The position numbers and the translations under genes were made by a program. A stretch of DNA of 63,198 nt, counting the filler, from Fonticula-like sp. SCN 57-25 (taxonomy: Eukaryota), in the NCBI GenBank assembly GCA_001724245.1. It is 8 parts of 8 records of this genome, joined end to end, with 100 filler letters (N's around TTAATTAATTAA, not from the genome) between each part and the next. Parts side by side here need not be neighbours in the genome. Positions count along the whole stretch, not along the records: positions 32,778 to 40,247 come from MEDX01000362.1; positions 40,348 to 48,108 come from MEDX01000363.1; 6 more parts are not named here. One strand, given 5' to 3'. Positions 34,076-46,582 of the stretch are shown here, in pieces. The first letter of the stretch is position 1; every line of letters begins with the position of its first letter. The notes beneath the pieces are model-generated. The model was not told the origin of the DNA. It saw only the letters and a list, made by a program, of their open reading frames with translations, and searched no databases.

Positions 34076-34658
34076 ATTGTCAACGGTTTTGCATTGATGT
34101 AAGTTATTCTGGTGTTTATGTAGCATTTATTTTGTTTTCCATAAAGGGATAGACTGTAGAGTGGAGTATGATAAAGGAGGAGAGTGCATGCTTGCTGGTT
34201 TTAGAGAATAGATTGGTACTGCAACATAAATGTTCCATTACAAACCCATGTGTTGTGCTCCACGCCCTCGTGCTCCTCATTAGTCGCTTCGACGGCAAGG
34301 ACATTGGGCTCCACTGGCCCATCAGCGGTAGGCGGGTACCTGGATCTCTGCTGCTCTGCAGTCTGCACAAGATGCGCATCACCCTACTGCAGCTCTAGTA
34401 AAAAAAGATCCCAACCCAAACAATAGCGCCAGGCCTTTTGGTGAACGTTATCAATATTCGCGCTGAAGTTGCTAAAGCATCGGCCGCAGTAGGGCCTCAC
34501 TCCTCCCGCCGAACCCAGGATACTCCGCCGCCGGCCGCCGCTGGCAGTTTGACATCGATCGCAAACTAGTTTGCACGATCATCGCAAACTAGTTTGCATT
34601 CGTTTCAGTCTTTGCTGCCGGTGTGGCCTCGGGGATCTGAGCAGCACGTGAGGCGGCC

Positions 34659-35462
34659 ATGTCGGCGTCTGCCCTTCTCCGTACTGCGTTCTCGCGGCCA
34701 CCTTTTCTCACCCCCTCTCTTCCGTCTACATTGGCGCTTCGCCCCCTTCTCCCCACCCCATCTCCCTTTCTTCCTCTTTTTTCTCGCGGGTTACTTCAGC
34801 CCGCGCGCACCAAGTGGCGCAAGCATCACAAGGGCCGCGTGTACGGCTACGCGTCGCGCGGCACCGAAGTCTCTTTTGGCAAGTTTGGTCTTCAGGGCCT
34901 TCAGCCTGTGCGCATGACGGCCGCTCAGATCGAGTCTGCGCGCCGCGCGATCACGCGCAAAATCCGACGCACGGGTCGCCTCATCGTGCGCGTGTTCCCC
35001 GACATCTCAGTGTCCAAGAAGCCCGCCGAAGTTCGTATGGGTAAGGGTAAGGGCGCGCACGAGCAGTGGGTGGCTCGCGTCAAGGCGAACCGTATGCTTT
35101 TTGAGCTCGATGGCGTGTCGGCCGAGCTTGCCAAGGAGGCGTTCAGCCTGGCTGCCGACAAGCTCCCGATCCGCACGCGATTCGTCGAGCGGCAGATGGA
35201 TGCGGCCGCCATCGCTGCGCTGGAGGCGGCGAAGAAGGTGGCCGAGGAGGAGGCAGCCAAGAAGGCGGCGGCGCAGGCGGCGAGGGCGGCGGCCGTGCAG
35301 GTCGACGAGGCGGCCGCGCTCGTCGCAGCTCTCAATAAGGCCGAGGGCGCGCCCAAGAAGGCGTCCCCGGCGGCTGCCCCGGCTGAGAACGCAAAGGCGG
35401 CCGCGGCCAAGGCGGCCAAGGCCGCCGCGCAGGCCCCCAAGGCGGATGCAAAGAAAAAGTAA
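34659..35462 (+). CDS. MRPL16: Mitochondrial ribosomal protein uL16m with an Ala/Lys-rich C-terminal extension
   Basis: [38 protein letters not shown]; presequence-like N-terminus. Confidence 0.95.
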   Translation: MSASALLRTAFSRPPFLTPSLPSTLALRPLLPTPSPFLPLFSRGLLQPARTKWRKHHKGRVYGYASRGTEVSFGKFGLQGLQPVRMTAAQIESARRAITRKIRRTGRLIVRVFPDISVSKKPAEVRMGKGKGAHEQWVARVKANRMLFELDGVSAELAKEAFSLAADKLPIRTRFVERQMDAAAIAALEAAKKVAEEEAAKKAAAQAARAAAVQVDEAAALVAALNKAEGAPKKASPAAAPAENAKAAAAKAAKAAAQAPKADAKKK

Positions 35463-35736
35463 AATTAAAATGGGAAACACCTTTGTGTTGTTTTTTTTGG
35501 TGGGAATGTGCACAAGGCAATTTATGTATAATTGGATACAATAAATAGCGAATACAACAATAATGAAAATTGAAGCACAAATAGGAGCAAAAAGTATATT
35601 GGGATGCGAAATGAATAATAGATGGGTAATACAAAAGGTGCTTTCATGTATATATAATACGCACGAACGTGCCAGAAATCGCAAGGGAATAAAATCATTG
35701 CGATGCAAAAACAAAAAAGTAGCGTTTGCCATACAT

Positions 35737-38091
35737 TTAAAAGAACCGCATTCTCTGCAGGTGTCGATTGGGATCCTCGAACGGCGTTCTGCCGTGAAGA
35801 TACCTCGCGTTATCGAGCAGCATCAAGTGTCCCTCTGGGAGCCACCTGTACCTGCACCGCTCTTCGTCCCTGACGATGTCGCTGAGCGCCCTCAGCGCCT
35901 CCCCGCACACCCCCGCGCTCTCACCCGCGGCCTCCTCGTCGACGCTCACAATGTCCTCCCTAAAGCGCATGAGGTCGTCGCCGCCGCCCATGAGCACGGG
36001 TGCCGTCAGGGTCGCCTTTCCCCGGTAAAATTCTGGCGGCACCTTGTACTTGAAGCACGGCCGCCTGAGCGCGTCCACGAGCGCCGCCGGCATTGCTGCG
36101 AGCACGTCCGCGACGCGCACAAGCCTGCTGACGCCCTGCCGCTGCGCGTCTGCGCGAAGCACGAGCAGCGCAATGTAGCGCGGCGCCGGGTCCTCGTACG
36201 AGCAGTCCGTGTGCATCGGGAACTCGTCCATGTTGTGCGAGCGGGCAATGCCGCCCGACGTAAAGCGCACATCCCATACGAGACGGCCGCCAATGTCGTG
36301 GCCTTCGGCAGCGCCGAGCTGATTTACAAGTGTTGTCATGAACTGAGTGTGCGCGTCGGCGGAAAGGTCCACGCGGACGATGGCGAGGCCGCGGGAATCC
36401 AGCAGGCGACGGCACGCGCTCACAAGGTCCGCAGAGGGCGAGGATGCCGACAGGTAGCAGTCGGCGGGCAGCGGGAAAGCAGGGTAAGGCGCTGGGGGCG
36501 CGAGGGGGCCGTGGTCACCAAGGACGGAAAACGAAACATCATTGGAGAATTGACCATTGGCGACATCGTGACTCGATGTAATTGAAGCAGCGTCTGCGGG
36601 CATAAAGGGCGCCGCGTCGCCACTGCTTTTGTCTCCCACAGCACCGTCACATGCCTTCCATATATCGCCGATGGCTGCCCCATCAGCCAGCGACTCTGGG
36701 GCCCTGTAAAGGTGCTCTCCTCCCATTGGCGTGCCTTCCTTCACCGCCGGGAAGAGCATGCAGCCTCCCCTGCTGATGGCCACAAGATCCTCGCGCTCGG
36801 GCGCGCTCCTGAATATGCCAAGCCCAAGGAACGCCTCCTCAGTGCAGAGCAGCGTGCCGACGGCCTTTTGGCGCGACACGATGTACCCGCCGTCGGCGGC
36901 GACGCGCAGACTGTGCACCCGCTGCGCCACATACGGCTGTACAACGCCCGCCGCGCCGCCCTGCAGTGCTTCCCGCCACGGGCCCTCCCTCGCGCCCTCG
37001 GCGTCCTTGCCAAAGAGGATGCCTTCGCCCTTGCCAAGCAGCGCGGGCTTGACGATGTGGCCGTGCCTGTCGGCGCGCGCGGCGGCGAGCAGGGCGGCGG
37101 CGAAGGCGTCGTCCGCGAGCGCGCTCAACGGCGCCGTCGGGATGACGTGGCGGGCGAGGCGGGCGGCGGCGTCGCGGCCAATTAAATCCGACATGAACGA
37201 TGCATCGGACAGGAGCGACAAGAAGCGCTTGTCGTGTACGAGCAGGATCGTGCGAAGATCGTTCACGTATATGACGCCGTGGCGCGTTGGGTCGCAGAGA
37301 ACGTCAAGCACCGACGGGGGGAGCGATAAAAGCTCGTCCTGGTGCAGCTCGAGAATCATCTGACGCACGCGCGCGCCGTCCCGCGTATCCACCAGCACGC
37401 CATCGCCATCGACGGCAAGATCGAGAGGAGACACAAAAAGAATCTTGTGCCGAGGAGAGACGTCGGCGAGGAGGTGCACAGAGTAGCCGTGCTCGCGGCC
37501 CTTCACGACGTGCACGGGATGCGCGGCATCAAAGGGATACAGTAGCGAATTGACCACGTGGTCTGTAGGGCGGCATGCGGGGATTGCGCCAGCCGCGCGT
37601 ATGACGCCCAACCTTTCGAGCGCGTCCGCGCCAATAGGCGTGCACAAATAGCCGTTCAAAGCAAAGCGGGCGTTGATCTCGCACACCCGGGCCGTGCCAT
37701 CGAGGTCGACGACATAGTCGGGGCGGAAGCAACCGATCCGGTAGGGCGTCCCGGACGCGTGAATGCGGTCGACCAGCGCGCGCGATGCCTCAGTGATGTC
37801 GAGTCGCCGACGCACTGTCGCGTCCCCGCGGCTGTCTGCGGCAACGAGCGCGTGGATGCCGTCACGAAAGGAGTGGTAGAGCGCCGCATAGGAGGCGAAC
37901 TCGGAGGGTGACACGGCGTACGGGAAGGGATTGATGCATGAGAGGGAATATACACCCCCAAAGGAGGGACATGCAGTCGATATGGATGAAAGGAGCTGCG
38001 AGTGGTATGAAGCGTCGGCTAGGCTCGAGTCAAGGGAGCGGTCGGAACCGCCGCCATCGGCGCTCATCGCGGGGGCTGCCTGCCAGAACAA
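35737..38091 (-). CDS. Intronless fusion: glutathionylspermidine-synthase-like ATP-grasp domain plus TauD/TfdA Fe(II)/2OG dioxygenase
   Basis: N-half FRPDYV, CEINARF, HDKRFL, IVKPALLGKGEGILFG, VVQPYV; C-half MHTDCSY...LLDNARYLHGR. Confidence 0.85.
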   Translation of the reverse strand: MFWQAAPAMSADGGGSDRSLDSSLADASYHSQLLSSISTACPSFGGVYSLSCINPFPYAVSPSEFASYAALYHSFRDGIHALVAADSRGDATVRRRLDITEASRALVDRIHASGTPYRIGCFRPDYVVDLDGTARVCEINARFALNGYLCTPIGADALERLGVIRAAGAIPACRPTDHVVNSLLYPFDAAHPVHVVKGREHGYSVHLLADVSPRHKILFVSPLDLAVDGDGVLVDTRDGARVRQMILELHQDELLSLPPSVLDVLCDPTRHGVIYVNDLRTILLVHDKRFLSLLSDASFMSDLIGRDAAARLARHVIPTAPLSALADDAFAAALLAAARADRHGHIVKPALLGKGEGILFGKDAEGAREGPWREALQGGAAGVVQPYVAQRVHSLRVAADGGYIVSRQKAVGTLLCTEEAFLGLGIFRSAPEREDLVAISRGGCMLFPAVKEGTPMGGEHLYRAPESLADGAAIGDIWKACDGAVGDKSSGDAAPFMPADAASITSSHDVANGQFSNDVSFSVLGDHGPLAPPAPYPAFPLPADCYLSASSPSADLVSACRRLLDSRGLAIVRVDLSADAHTQFMTTLVNQLGAAEGHDIGGRLVWDVRFTSGGIARSHNMDEFPMHTDCSYEDPAPRYIALLVLRADAQRQGVSRLVRVADVLAAMPAALVDALRRPCFKYKVPPEFYRGKATLTAPVLMGGGDDLMRFREDIVSVDEEAAGESAGVCGEALRALSDIVRDEERCRYRWLPEGHLMLLDNARYLHGRTPFEDPNRHLQRMRFF

Positions 38092-38547
38092 GACGCGTCA
38101 GAGACTGCCGATCGGATCTTAACATTCCATGTGATCACGTGACATGTATATGCTGAAAGGCTACTTTGCTCTCTACCGGGCGGAATATCCCGCGCGTGTC
38201 AATAGTTCAATTTAAAATATAATGCCCCCATGCCGGGCAAGCACTTGGCACTGCCAATTGGGCAATATTGGCCAAGAAATAAAATTTGTGTATTTCATTT
38301 CGGCTACCCTATTGCTCAAATCCTCGTGGATGGAACTGGATATTACGAAACGGTGTCCTATTTCCAAAATTTAAAAGTGGGCAAACATGGCGAATAAACA
38401 CTGCGCTGGCTCCTACAGAGAGCCCTGATAACAATGAGTAATGCAGCTCAAAATGTTTTTTGTGGAGGGCTGCCAAGAGGCGTAAATGGAACGGTAAACA
38501 CCAATCTCACGTGACATAACACGTGATCACTTCTGACCCACGCCGAG

Positions 38548-40247
38548 ATGCGTCACAGCGGGTTGCGAAGCGTGTTGAGCTGGCTTTTCGCCCCTATTCA
38601 GGCCGTATGGCTTTATCTAACCGTACGAATGTTTGCTCGCGTTTCACAAATACTTATTTTACATTTTTTTATAGTCAATTTGTACAACATGCGAGCGCAG
38701 CGAGCGCCTGCGAAACTTGGAAAAGGTGCGTCGCTGCTGTTGTTGTGAAACGTCATCCTGCGCGTTCATAGCTAAACTTTTGGTCCTGTCCTTTATCTTG
38801 TTCTCCTTTCTGCGTTTTAGTCGCTTGAATCGGCGAATTCGTACTCGGAATGGTGCACTCTCGCCAATGAGCTTGAAGATCTTCGCGGGTCCTCTAAATG
38901 GCGGCTTGATCCCAAGCACGAGTCGTATGACCACCGCGTCGTCTCGTCCCATCTGACACTCCTCCGCTCCGCTCGCCTCGACGGCAACATTTGGACGCTT
39001 GTGATGCTCGTCCGCCGCGGCCTTTCGCGCAACTTTGCCGGGATCGGCGCGGACGATCTTTTCCTGCACTCGCTTGTCGGCACCAAGCATCTGATCGAAG
39101 AGTACGTCGAAGAGGTCGATGGTGCGCTTCGCGACATTTTTTCGTCGTCGGCGCTGCCGCTGAGCGAGCGCATCGAGCTGTGCGCCAACATGCGGCGCGT
39201 GTACGGGCGCACGGCGCTGATGCTGAGCGGCGGCGCGACGCTCGGCATGTACCACCTCGGCGTCCTCAAGGCGCTGCACGAGCACAAGCTGCTACCGAGA
39301 ATATTCTCTGGCGCATCTGCGGGCTCGCTCATGGCATCCCTCGTGTGCTGCAAGTACGAGCTAGCAGAGGAATCGCGGGGTGTTGGCGGGCAAATGAGGG
39401 TTGGAATTGCCCAGTAAAGTACTGTGTGGTCGTGTGCTGCTGTGCATTGAACTGTTGTGAATATCACTATGTATATTGCTGCTTCTTTCTCCATCTGACG
39501 ATCTTTTAGGACTGACGAGGAGCTTCCCGCTATGTTTGACCCGGCCAACATCAACCTTGATGCGATCGAGCGGCGCGGTGAAGGCACGGCGGGCCGCCGC
39601 GCCAAGCGCCTCCTCAAGACCGGGTACCTCTTTGACATTTCGGTGCTGCAAGAGTGCCTTAGGGAAAACGCGGGAGACCTCACATTTCTTGTACGTAAAG
39701 AGAGAATAGGGAATATGCGACATTGTGTGAGGGACACAGTTGATGCCGTGTGGCTGCTTGCCGTTTCTCCACATTTTAGTTATTGTGTCTATTTCATATT
39801 GTTATTTGCTGCTCTTTTTTACTTTTACTGACCGCTGTGCTTGCTCAGGAGGCGTACAACCGCACTCGCCGCGTGCTCAACATCACCGTGAGCGCGACGA
39901 GCGCCGTCGAGATGCCGCGCCTTCTCAACTACCTCACCGCTCCCCACGTGGTTCGTACCCCCATGGCCCCCCTTTTCTCTGCTGACACCCCTAAGCTTGT
40001 ATGGAGCGCCGCTTCGGCGTCGTGCGCGATCCCCGGCCTTTACGAGCCGGTCCCGCTTCTCGCCAAAAACAAGCGTGGCGAGATTGTCCCGTGGAACCCG
40101 AACGGCCCGCCGTGGGTTGACGGGTCGGTGCAGTCGGACGTGCCGATGGCGCGGCTGTCCGAGATGTTTAACGTGAACCACTTTATTGTCAGCCAGGTCA
40201 ATCCGCACTTGGCGCCGTTCATCGCCAATAGGCCGGCTCGTACGACA
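38548..40247 (+). CDS. Patatin-family triacylglycerol lipase (Tgl3/4/5, SDP1 type), 3'-truncated
   Basis: [25 protein letters not shown] nucleophile motif, [42 protein letters not shown]. Confidence 0.93.
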
Positions 40248-40641
40248 NNNNNNNNNNNNNNNNNNNNNNNNNNNNNNNNNNNNNNNNNNNNTTAATTAAT
40301 TAANNNNNNNNNNNNNNNNNNNNNNNNNNNNNNNNNNNNNNNNNNNNAGCTCATCGCCGCGCTCGCGCTCGAGCAGAGTGCGCATGCGCGTCGCATGCTT
40401 GTCAGCGTCCAGCGGCATGGTGGATATATCAAAAGATCAAAGAAAGTTTTGCATGACAAGGATGTACACGGCATGTACAGGGGATGTATATTCGAATCCC
40501 TCAAAAGTACTTGCATATCGGGCTCATAAAGGCTTTTTTAATTTCTATTTTATATATTATACAATGTCATACAAAAGTGCAATATAGTTGTCTAGGTAGA
40601 TGCCGCATGCGCCAAATCTTTCACTCCGAGCTGCTCACAGG

Positions 40642-41127
40642 TCACATCGGCGGCGTCCGCCTGTCACCCGCAAACGTCATTCCAATTGTTCTCAAATTGA
40701 CAAACGTTTTTTCGGCCTTGAAAATGGTGTAATAATATATCATGTTTGGCCAATTCAAACCGCGCATGATTTCACGATGCGTCCAAAGCCGGTAGTGGAT
40801 CGCGGCCTGGCGCACAATCTGTTCGTCGCGCGCAGTCGTCTCAAAAGAAACGATCCTGTCAAGAATCGCGGCATCCCCCTTGTTTGAAGCTACAAAGTAA
40901 TCTACGTAGCGCTCGCGCAAGGGTCGCAGGTCATGCTCCTTGTCGCAGCGCACCGTCTGCAACAGCTCTCTAAAGATCACGCTGGGCGACCAACCGCAAT
41001 CAGGTGCATCGGCTACTCGAAGCAAATTAAAAAACATGCTTTGGCAAACAGAGGCAGACTTGACTGGTTCATGGGCGTGAGGGATGCTCGCCTCCATCTG
41101 CTCGAGCATGGTCGCCGCGGACGACAT
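40642..41127 (-). CDS. Hypothetical protein
   Basis: Open frame from MSSAATMLEQ with protein-like composition; no motif recognised; 3' end uncertain. Confidence 0.4.
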   Translation of the reverse strand: MSSAATMLEQMEASIPHAHEPVKSASVCQSMFFNLLRVADAPDCGWSPSVIFRELLQTVRCDKEHDLRPLRERYVDYFVASNKGDAAILDRIVSFETTARDEQIVRQAAIHYRLWTHREIMRGLNWPNMIYYYTIFKAEKTFVNLRTIGMTFAGDRRTPPM

Positions 41128-41441
41128 GGCGACTGAACGCCATGGTGACCGGATGGTGACTGAACACAGTTTTTTGGCGCGAACCAGTTTGATTGGTCTA
41201 AACAAGCGCTGGTTCATAAAAGTTTCCCTTATGATCAGTGGGCGTCCATGCCACAAAGCTATATCAAAAAGCTGCACTTGTCTTCATGTATGACTATACT
41301 TTCGGCAAACATTGCAATTATAGTGTTTATTCAATGTATATTCCACATTATAGCAGCACTTTTATATCCTTTCTTTCCTCATCTTGCCACCAAAAGTACG
41401 TAAAAAAGCAGCCAATTTCCACCCCCACTTCACCATTCCGT

Positions 41442-42599
41442 CTACCAATGCGGCCTGCACATTGTCCTCCACTTGTCCCTATACTCATCCAAATCGATAT
41501 ACGACCCCCTCAGATGCCTCTCCCCCTTTGCCGCGTCAAACTGCAGCCTCCCATGCAGCACCCTCCTATTGTTAAAAATAACAAGATCGCCCGGCTGGTA
41601 CCTTGTACGGAACAAGAGATGCTTCCTATCGAGCACCCTTTCAAACTTGTTGAACGCCTCGTAAAACTCTTGCACTCTTGCCTGCGGGACCTCGAGCGGC
41701 CCCTGGAACGGCGGCGCGTAGTTGACGCGCATCGCCTCGTTCTGCCCGTCGAGCTCGAGCGTGGGCCGGACAAAGCGGCGGTGGCGGCCCTGCGCGCGGT
41801 AGTGGAACGTGACGGGGCACTCGAGCAGCGTCATGTAGGCGAGCGGGTCCTCGGCGCGCAGCTCGGCGACGGCGCGGTAGGCGTCGAGGAAGATGGCGTC
41901 GCCGCCGGGCACGCTGTTCTTGACGCAGTGGAGGAGCTGGAGGCCGGGGGGGGCTTCAAAGTAGAGGAGGTCCTGGTGAAGGCCGAGGTGGGAAGAGGTG
42001 TACGCGACGTTGATCGCCTTGGGGACGCTCACGACATCCCACAGCGTGCCGTAAAAGGTCTCGCGGACGGGGCCGATGCGGGAAGAGATGGCCTTGCTCG
42101 CATCAAGATCAGTCGGGACATTGCGGACAAAGGCAATGCCGAAATTGTGGATGTCGTCGAGGAGGCGCGCGAGGGAGGTGTCGCTGTTGACGACATCAGA
42201 GTACTGCGCCTCGGGGATACGGTGCGAGGAATCCCACTGCGTCAGGCGATTCCGATCATCGGAGCGATCCTGGCGCGAGACATCATCGTACGCGGTGCGG
42301 CGGAGAAAGGGGAGAGGGAACGCGCTGCGGTGGCCGTCGGCCCAGTCGACGTTTAGAACGCCGCCATCAAGCGCCACGGACGATGCGACGGCGCCGACCA
42401 CGGAATCATCGCCCGACGAGACGGACTTTTGGCCAGAGTCGGGATCCACGCGCGAGGGGCAGTGGTCGCGCAGCCACGGGAAATGGAAGGGGGTCGTGCG
42501 CCCGTCAGACCAGCTGACGAGCACAGTGCGGTTTTCTAGCCACGCGCGCGACGCTCCCGGCACCGCGGAGCCCACAGCCCGCCTCCACAGATGCATCAT
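41442..42599 (-). CDS. Gamma-butyrobetaine/trimethyllysine dioxygenase family protein (mitochondrial)
   Basis: WLRDHCP, WADGHRS, NVAYT...LHQDLLY, PGLQLLHC, FNNRRVLHGR. Confidence 0.93.
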   Translation of the reverse strand: MMHLWRRAVGSAVPGASRAWLENRTVLVSWSDGRTTPFHFPWLRDHCPSRVDPDSGQKSVSSGDDSVVGAVASSVALDGGVLNVDWADGHRSAFPLPFLRRTAYDDVSRQDRSDDRNRLTQWDSSHRIPEAQYSDVVNSDTSLARLLDDIHNFGIAFVRNVPTDLDASKAISSRIGPVRETFYGTLWDVVSVPKAINVAYTSSHLGLHQDLLYFEAPPGLQLLHCVKNSVPGGDAIFLDAYRAVAELRAEDPLAYMTLLECPVTFHYRAQGRHRRFVRPTLELDGQNEAMRVNYAPPFQGPLEVPQARVQEFYEAFNKFERVLDRKHLLFRTRYQPGDLVIFNNRRVLHGRLQFDAAKGERHLRGSYIDLDEYRDKWRTMCRPHW

Positions 42600-42914
42600 G
42601 ATGGCACGTGAATAATATGGTCACGTGAGGTGGAAGTACAGCTGAAGCACGTCAGCCCGAAGGCAGGAAGTAATAGTGGGTGTATAAGCAGCGGTTATTG
42701 ACGCAAGGAAAGCGCAGAGCGACACGGCATACATTGCTTTTTCATATATTTTCAACACTTTTGACCATAAGAAAGCGCCACTCGTTGCTTTTTTTCATCG
42801 TTTCCCGCCAAAAAATGCCAATCAGAAAAAGCGCGCGAAAAATCATCAGATTCAAACGCTTCCCGCGCTCATTATTGGCGAGAGCGGTGCGCCACCAGCG
42901 GCATCCCCCCTGCG

Positions 42915-45377
42915 ATGTCGTCCGCGGCCCCTTCTCCTCCGTCGCCCTTCCTTGCGGTGCTCTCGCTCTTTGAACCTCCTCGCCGCCTCATTCACACGCG
43001 CGATGCAACGGGCGCCGCCGTCGCTGTTGCCGATCTCGGCCGGCATCCCCCTCCCCAGATCGTCCTCTTTTGGGATGACGGCTCGTGGCGCGACGAGATC
43101 CCCGGCGGGATGACGTACGGGATCTACCTGAGCGCCGCCTCCTCTCTTCGCCCCGACCGCCTTTTGAGCGTGATCGATCTCGATGCCGGCGATGCCGTCT
43201 CCTTTTGGCCATCCTGGACGCCCGCCGAGGCCGCCGCCATCGCCTCGCCCGACGCGCCCGGCAAACTCATGCTCCGCCTCTGCCCCGTCCCGCTCCGCAG
43301 CAACGGCCAAGTAGCAGCACCCGCCTTTCCCGCATCGATCCTCAAAGGATCGCCTCGCACGCCGCTCGATGCCCGCAAGCGCCGCGCTGGCGGCCTAACT
43401 TCGCCGCCCAACAGCGACGAGGATCGCGTCACAAAAACCGCCGCCAAGCGCGTCAAGTTTGCCGACGAGGTTGGCGGCGCAATTGACGACGGCGGCGAAG
43501 GCGGTCGTCACGCGCCGTCATGGCCGCCGACGCCGACGTCCGCCGCGCGCACCGCCGACGAGGCCGACGACTGCGACACGCAAATTGTCGCGTCGCAAGA
43601 AATGCTTTTTGATGCGCCGCCGTCGCCGCCGCCGCTTCCGCCGTCGCAGTTGAGGCTTGAGCAGGCGGTGCTGACGCAGGCGAGCGTGCAGGAGGACGAG
43701 GAGACGCTCACGCCGCCGTTGCCGCAGAGCCCAGTGCAACTGCAGGCAAACTGGGAGGAGCAGGTGAACGCACTGTCACAAAAAGGGTCACTTTTGATGC
43801 CTTCACAGTCAATTCAAGAGCCAAGAATGTCACTTTTGATGTCTTCAGAGTCGCTACAAGAGCAAAATATGTCACTTTCGATGCCTTCACAATCACTTCA
43901 AGAACCAAGATTGTCACCTGAAATGCCTCTTTCATCACCTTCAGAGCCACTTTTGCCTTCACACCTACCTTCACAATCACTTTTGTCTTCCTATTCACAC
44001 CTTTCCAATGACTCAAACGAAGCCCATTCAAGCCCCCTCTTTGACTCTTCCCCGCCATCACTCGCCGCCCCCCCCGGCCGCTGGGGCCACTCTGGCATTC
44101 TCTCTGGCGACTCTCTCTACATATTTGGCGGTCAAGGCAGCGGCTCACGTCTACTTTCCAGTGACCACGTGTGGCAGCTCGACTGCCGCTCGACCGCCGC
44201 GTCGCTCAGTGCCATGCGGTGGTGTGAAGTAAAAGTGACTGGGACGCCGCCGTCAGCGAGAATGGGCCATGCGGCGGTGGCTGTCGGGCATCGAATGTAC
44301 GTCATTGGTGGGTCGAATAATAAGAGGTGGTTTGGTGATGTGCACCTGTTTAATCTCGACACGGGGCACTGGCACGCCGTCAACGTACGCAGTTATTTAC
44401 TTTGTATTGAAGGTTTACTTGGAATGAAGTGGTTTTACTTGTGGTTTGTCTTGCGGTGTTACTTGTAGTGTTACTTGTAGTGTGACTTGTAGTATTACTC
44501 GTAGTGTTACTTGTAGTGTTACTCGTAGAGTTACTCTTAGTGTTACTTGCAGTACTACTTGATTTCTTGTATTTTGTCTTGTAGCTGTAGTTGTAGTTGT
44601 GTTTTGTAGCCGTCAGTTTGCGGTTTGCACTCACACATGACTGTTTTTATCCATAGTGTGTTGGTGCTGGCCCTGGCGTCGCGTACCATTCGGCCACGGC
44701 GGTCGGCGACGACATTTACGTGTTTGGCGGTGCCAAGGGCGCTCGCTGCAGCAACACCGTCTATTCATTAAACACCGCGCGCCACGCATGGACGTTGCAC
44801 AAAACGCGCGGGAAGGCACCGACGCCGCGCTCGGGCCATTCAGCGACGCTCGTCGGCGACCGCATCTTTATTTTTGGCGGGTGGGACGCGCCGCGACTCT
44901 TTAACGACCTCTTTGTGTTTGACCCGCGTGCGTTTTTGTGTCATTTTTAATAGTTTTTGTGACACTTACACGCTGTATTCGATAGTTTTACTTGAATTTA
45001 CCGCCGTCAAAACGACCGGCGACGCGCCCAGTCCGCGTTGGTACGCCCAAGTTGCTTTTTTTTTCATTTTTCTTTTCCCGCCAAATTCTGACTTTTTCCT
45101 TCAATACAGCTGGCATGTCGCGCTGCTCGTGTCGCCGTCGCAGCTTTTCGTGTACGGCGGGTTCAATGGCGACGCCGTGCTGAATGACGCGTACGTGCTT
45201 GACCTGCGGCGGATGCACTGGACGAGGCAGGCGGACGCGCTGCTGTCGAGCGGGCGCGCGGGAATGGTCGCGGCGGTGTTTGATGACAGGGCGCTCATTC
45301 ACGGTGGAGGGGACAATGAGGGCGACTTTTTTGCGTCTGTAAAGGTCATTGATGGGATTAGCAGCGCGTTTGCGTGA
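42915..45377 (+). CDS. Kelch-repeat protein with a long low-complexity N-terminus, multi-exon
   Basis: PPGRWGHS...LYIFGG, PSARMGHAA...YVIGG, PTPRSGHSATLVGDRIFIFGG, LFVYGGFNG. Confidence 0.85.
44456..44556. repeat. Intronic 12-nt minisatellite (GTGTTACTTGTA)n, about 8 units
   Basis: Direct read. Confidence 0.85.
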
Positions 45378-45570
45378 CGAAATGGCGCATTTCAATGCTA
45401 TTTTCCGTCTTTTTCCGCCCATTTTCCTGTACTTTCTGTATCATAATGTATCATTCTGTATTGTCGTAATGTTTCTACACGTGCCTTTTCCCCGCCTCAT
45501 CAACTTGACAGAACGGCCACCTAAAGCGCTCCCATGTTAGTCAAAGCAAAATAAAGCGCCCTTTCTACTA

Positions 45571-46156
45571 TCAAAATAAACTGATGCGTACCCTCGATGC
45601 GAGCTGGACGGCAGACGAGAAATTCTTGACGAGCTCGCCGCAGTTGAGGGGCGTCTGCGGGTTTTCCCTGTAGCACTGGTGCACCTCCTGGCGCGCCTTG
45701 AACACCTCGTCGAGGTTGCCAGCGGGCATGTCGCTCGCCTCAAACAGCGACTCGCGGGCGATGCCGAGGCGCTCGGCCAGGGCATCCGCCTCGCGCTTCT
45801 CGAGGGCGAGCAGCTCATCGGGGGTCTGATGCGGCGACCCGCGGCGCTCAACTTCAATTTCGGCCTCGCGCTCCCGCCGGCCGACGCGGCGGCCCTTCTG
45901 GAACGACTCGCGCGCAACGCGCTGTAGCGTCTCGGTGTCGACCGCGCCGCTGCCATTGCCGCCGCCGGAAACAGACTGATGAAGCTGATTCGCGAGCCGC
46001 GAAGAAAGCTAAGGGAAAATCATATTAAAATACAGGTAAAAAAGGTGGAGAATAACCGCGTACATTGATTGAAAAGGGAGACTCGTCCGCTTCCATCACC
46101 AGGGAAGGCTCCTCCGGCACATCAGGCACCTCCGGAACCGACGCGCCCGCTCCCAT
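45571..46156 (-). CDS. MIC19: MICOS subunit Mic19/CHCHD3-like
   Basis: MGAGAS myristoylation start; spliced FSIN|LSSRLANQL; C-terminal ARQEVHQCYRENPQTPLNCGELVKNF as in fungal Mic19; 3' end may include another intron. Confidence 0.75.
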
Positions 46157-46582
46157 CTTTGCCGCTGCCGCTCCAAACGATGTTGCAAACTCCGGATCAG
46201 TTTGCATCCACCTATCAAACTTTGCGTCGCGGGTGGGGCCAAACAGGAAACCGGCATGCACAAACGATGTCCACGCGGATCAGGCCGATCAAAAACAGAG
46301 ATAAATGCACACAGCAGCCAATATGCACGCAAATACGCAACGCATTGAAAAAGCCCCAGCTCGCTTTCAAATAAAAGCGAAAGCATACTTATGTGCCCAG
46401 GAGGTGACAAACGACAGAACAACCGCCACGTGGACGTAGTTCAACGCGCGCGCGTGTTTGGTTGCGCGGTCGCAGATTGTGTGTGGGCGCGGTGATCAGG
46501 TATTACTTTGCTGTGCGATCTCGTTCGTTCGTCGTATCGCCCCTTCCGCATCCACGCGCCGCATGCAATAGATAGCAAAACC

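Noticed and set aside
35737-42599. Apparent cluster of two 2OG dioxygenases plus a lipase
   Set aside because: They lie on different contigs separated by the linker at 40248-40347
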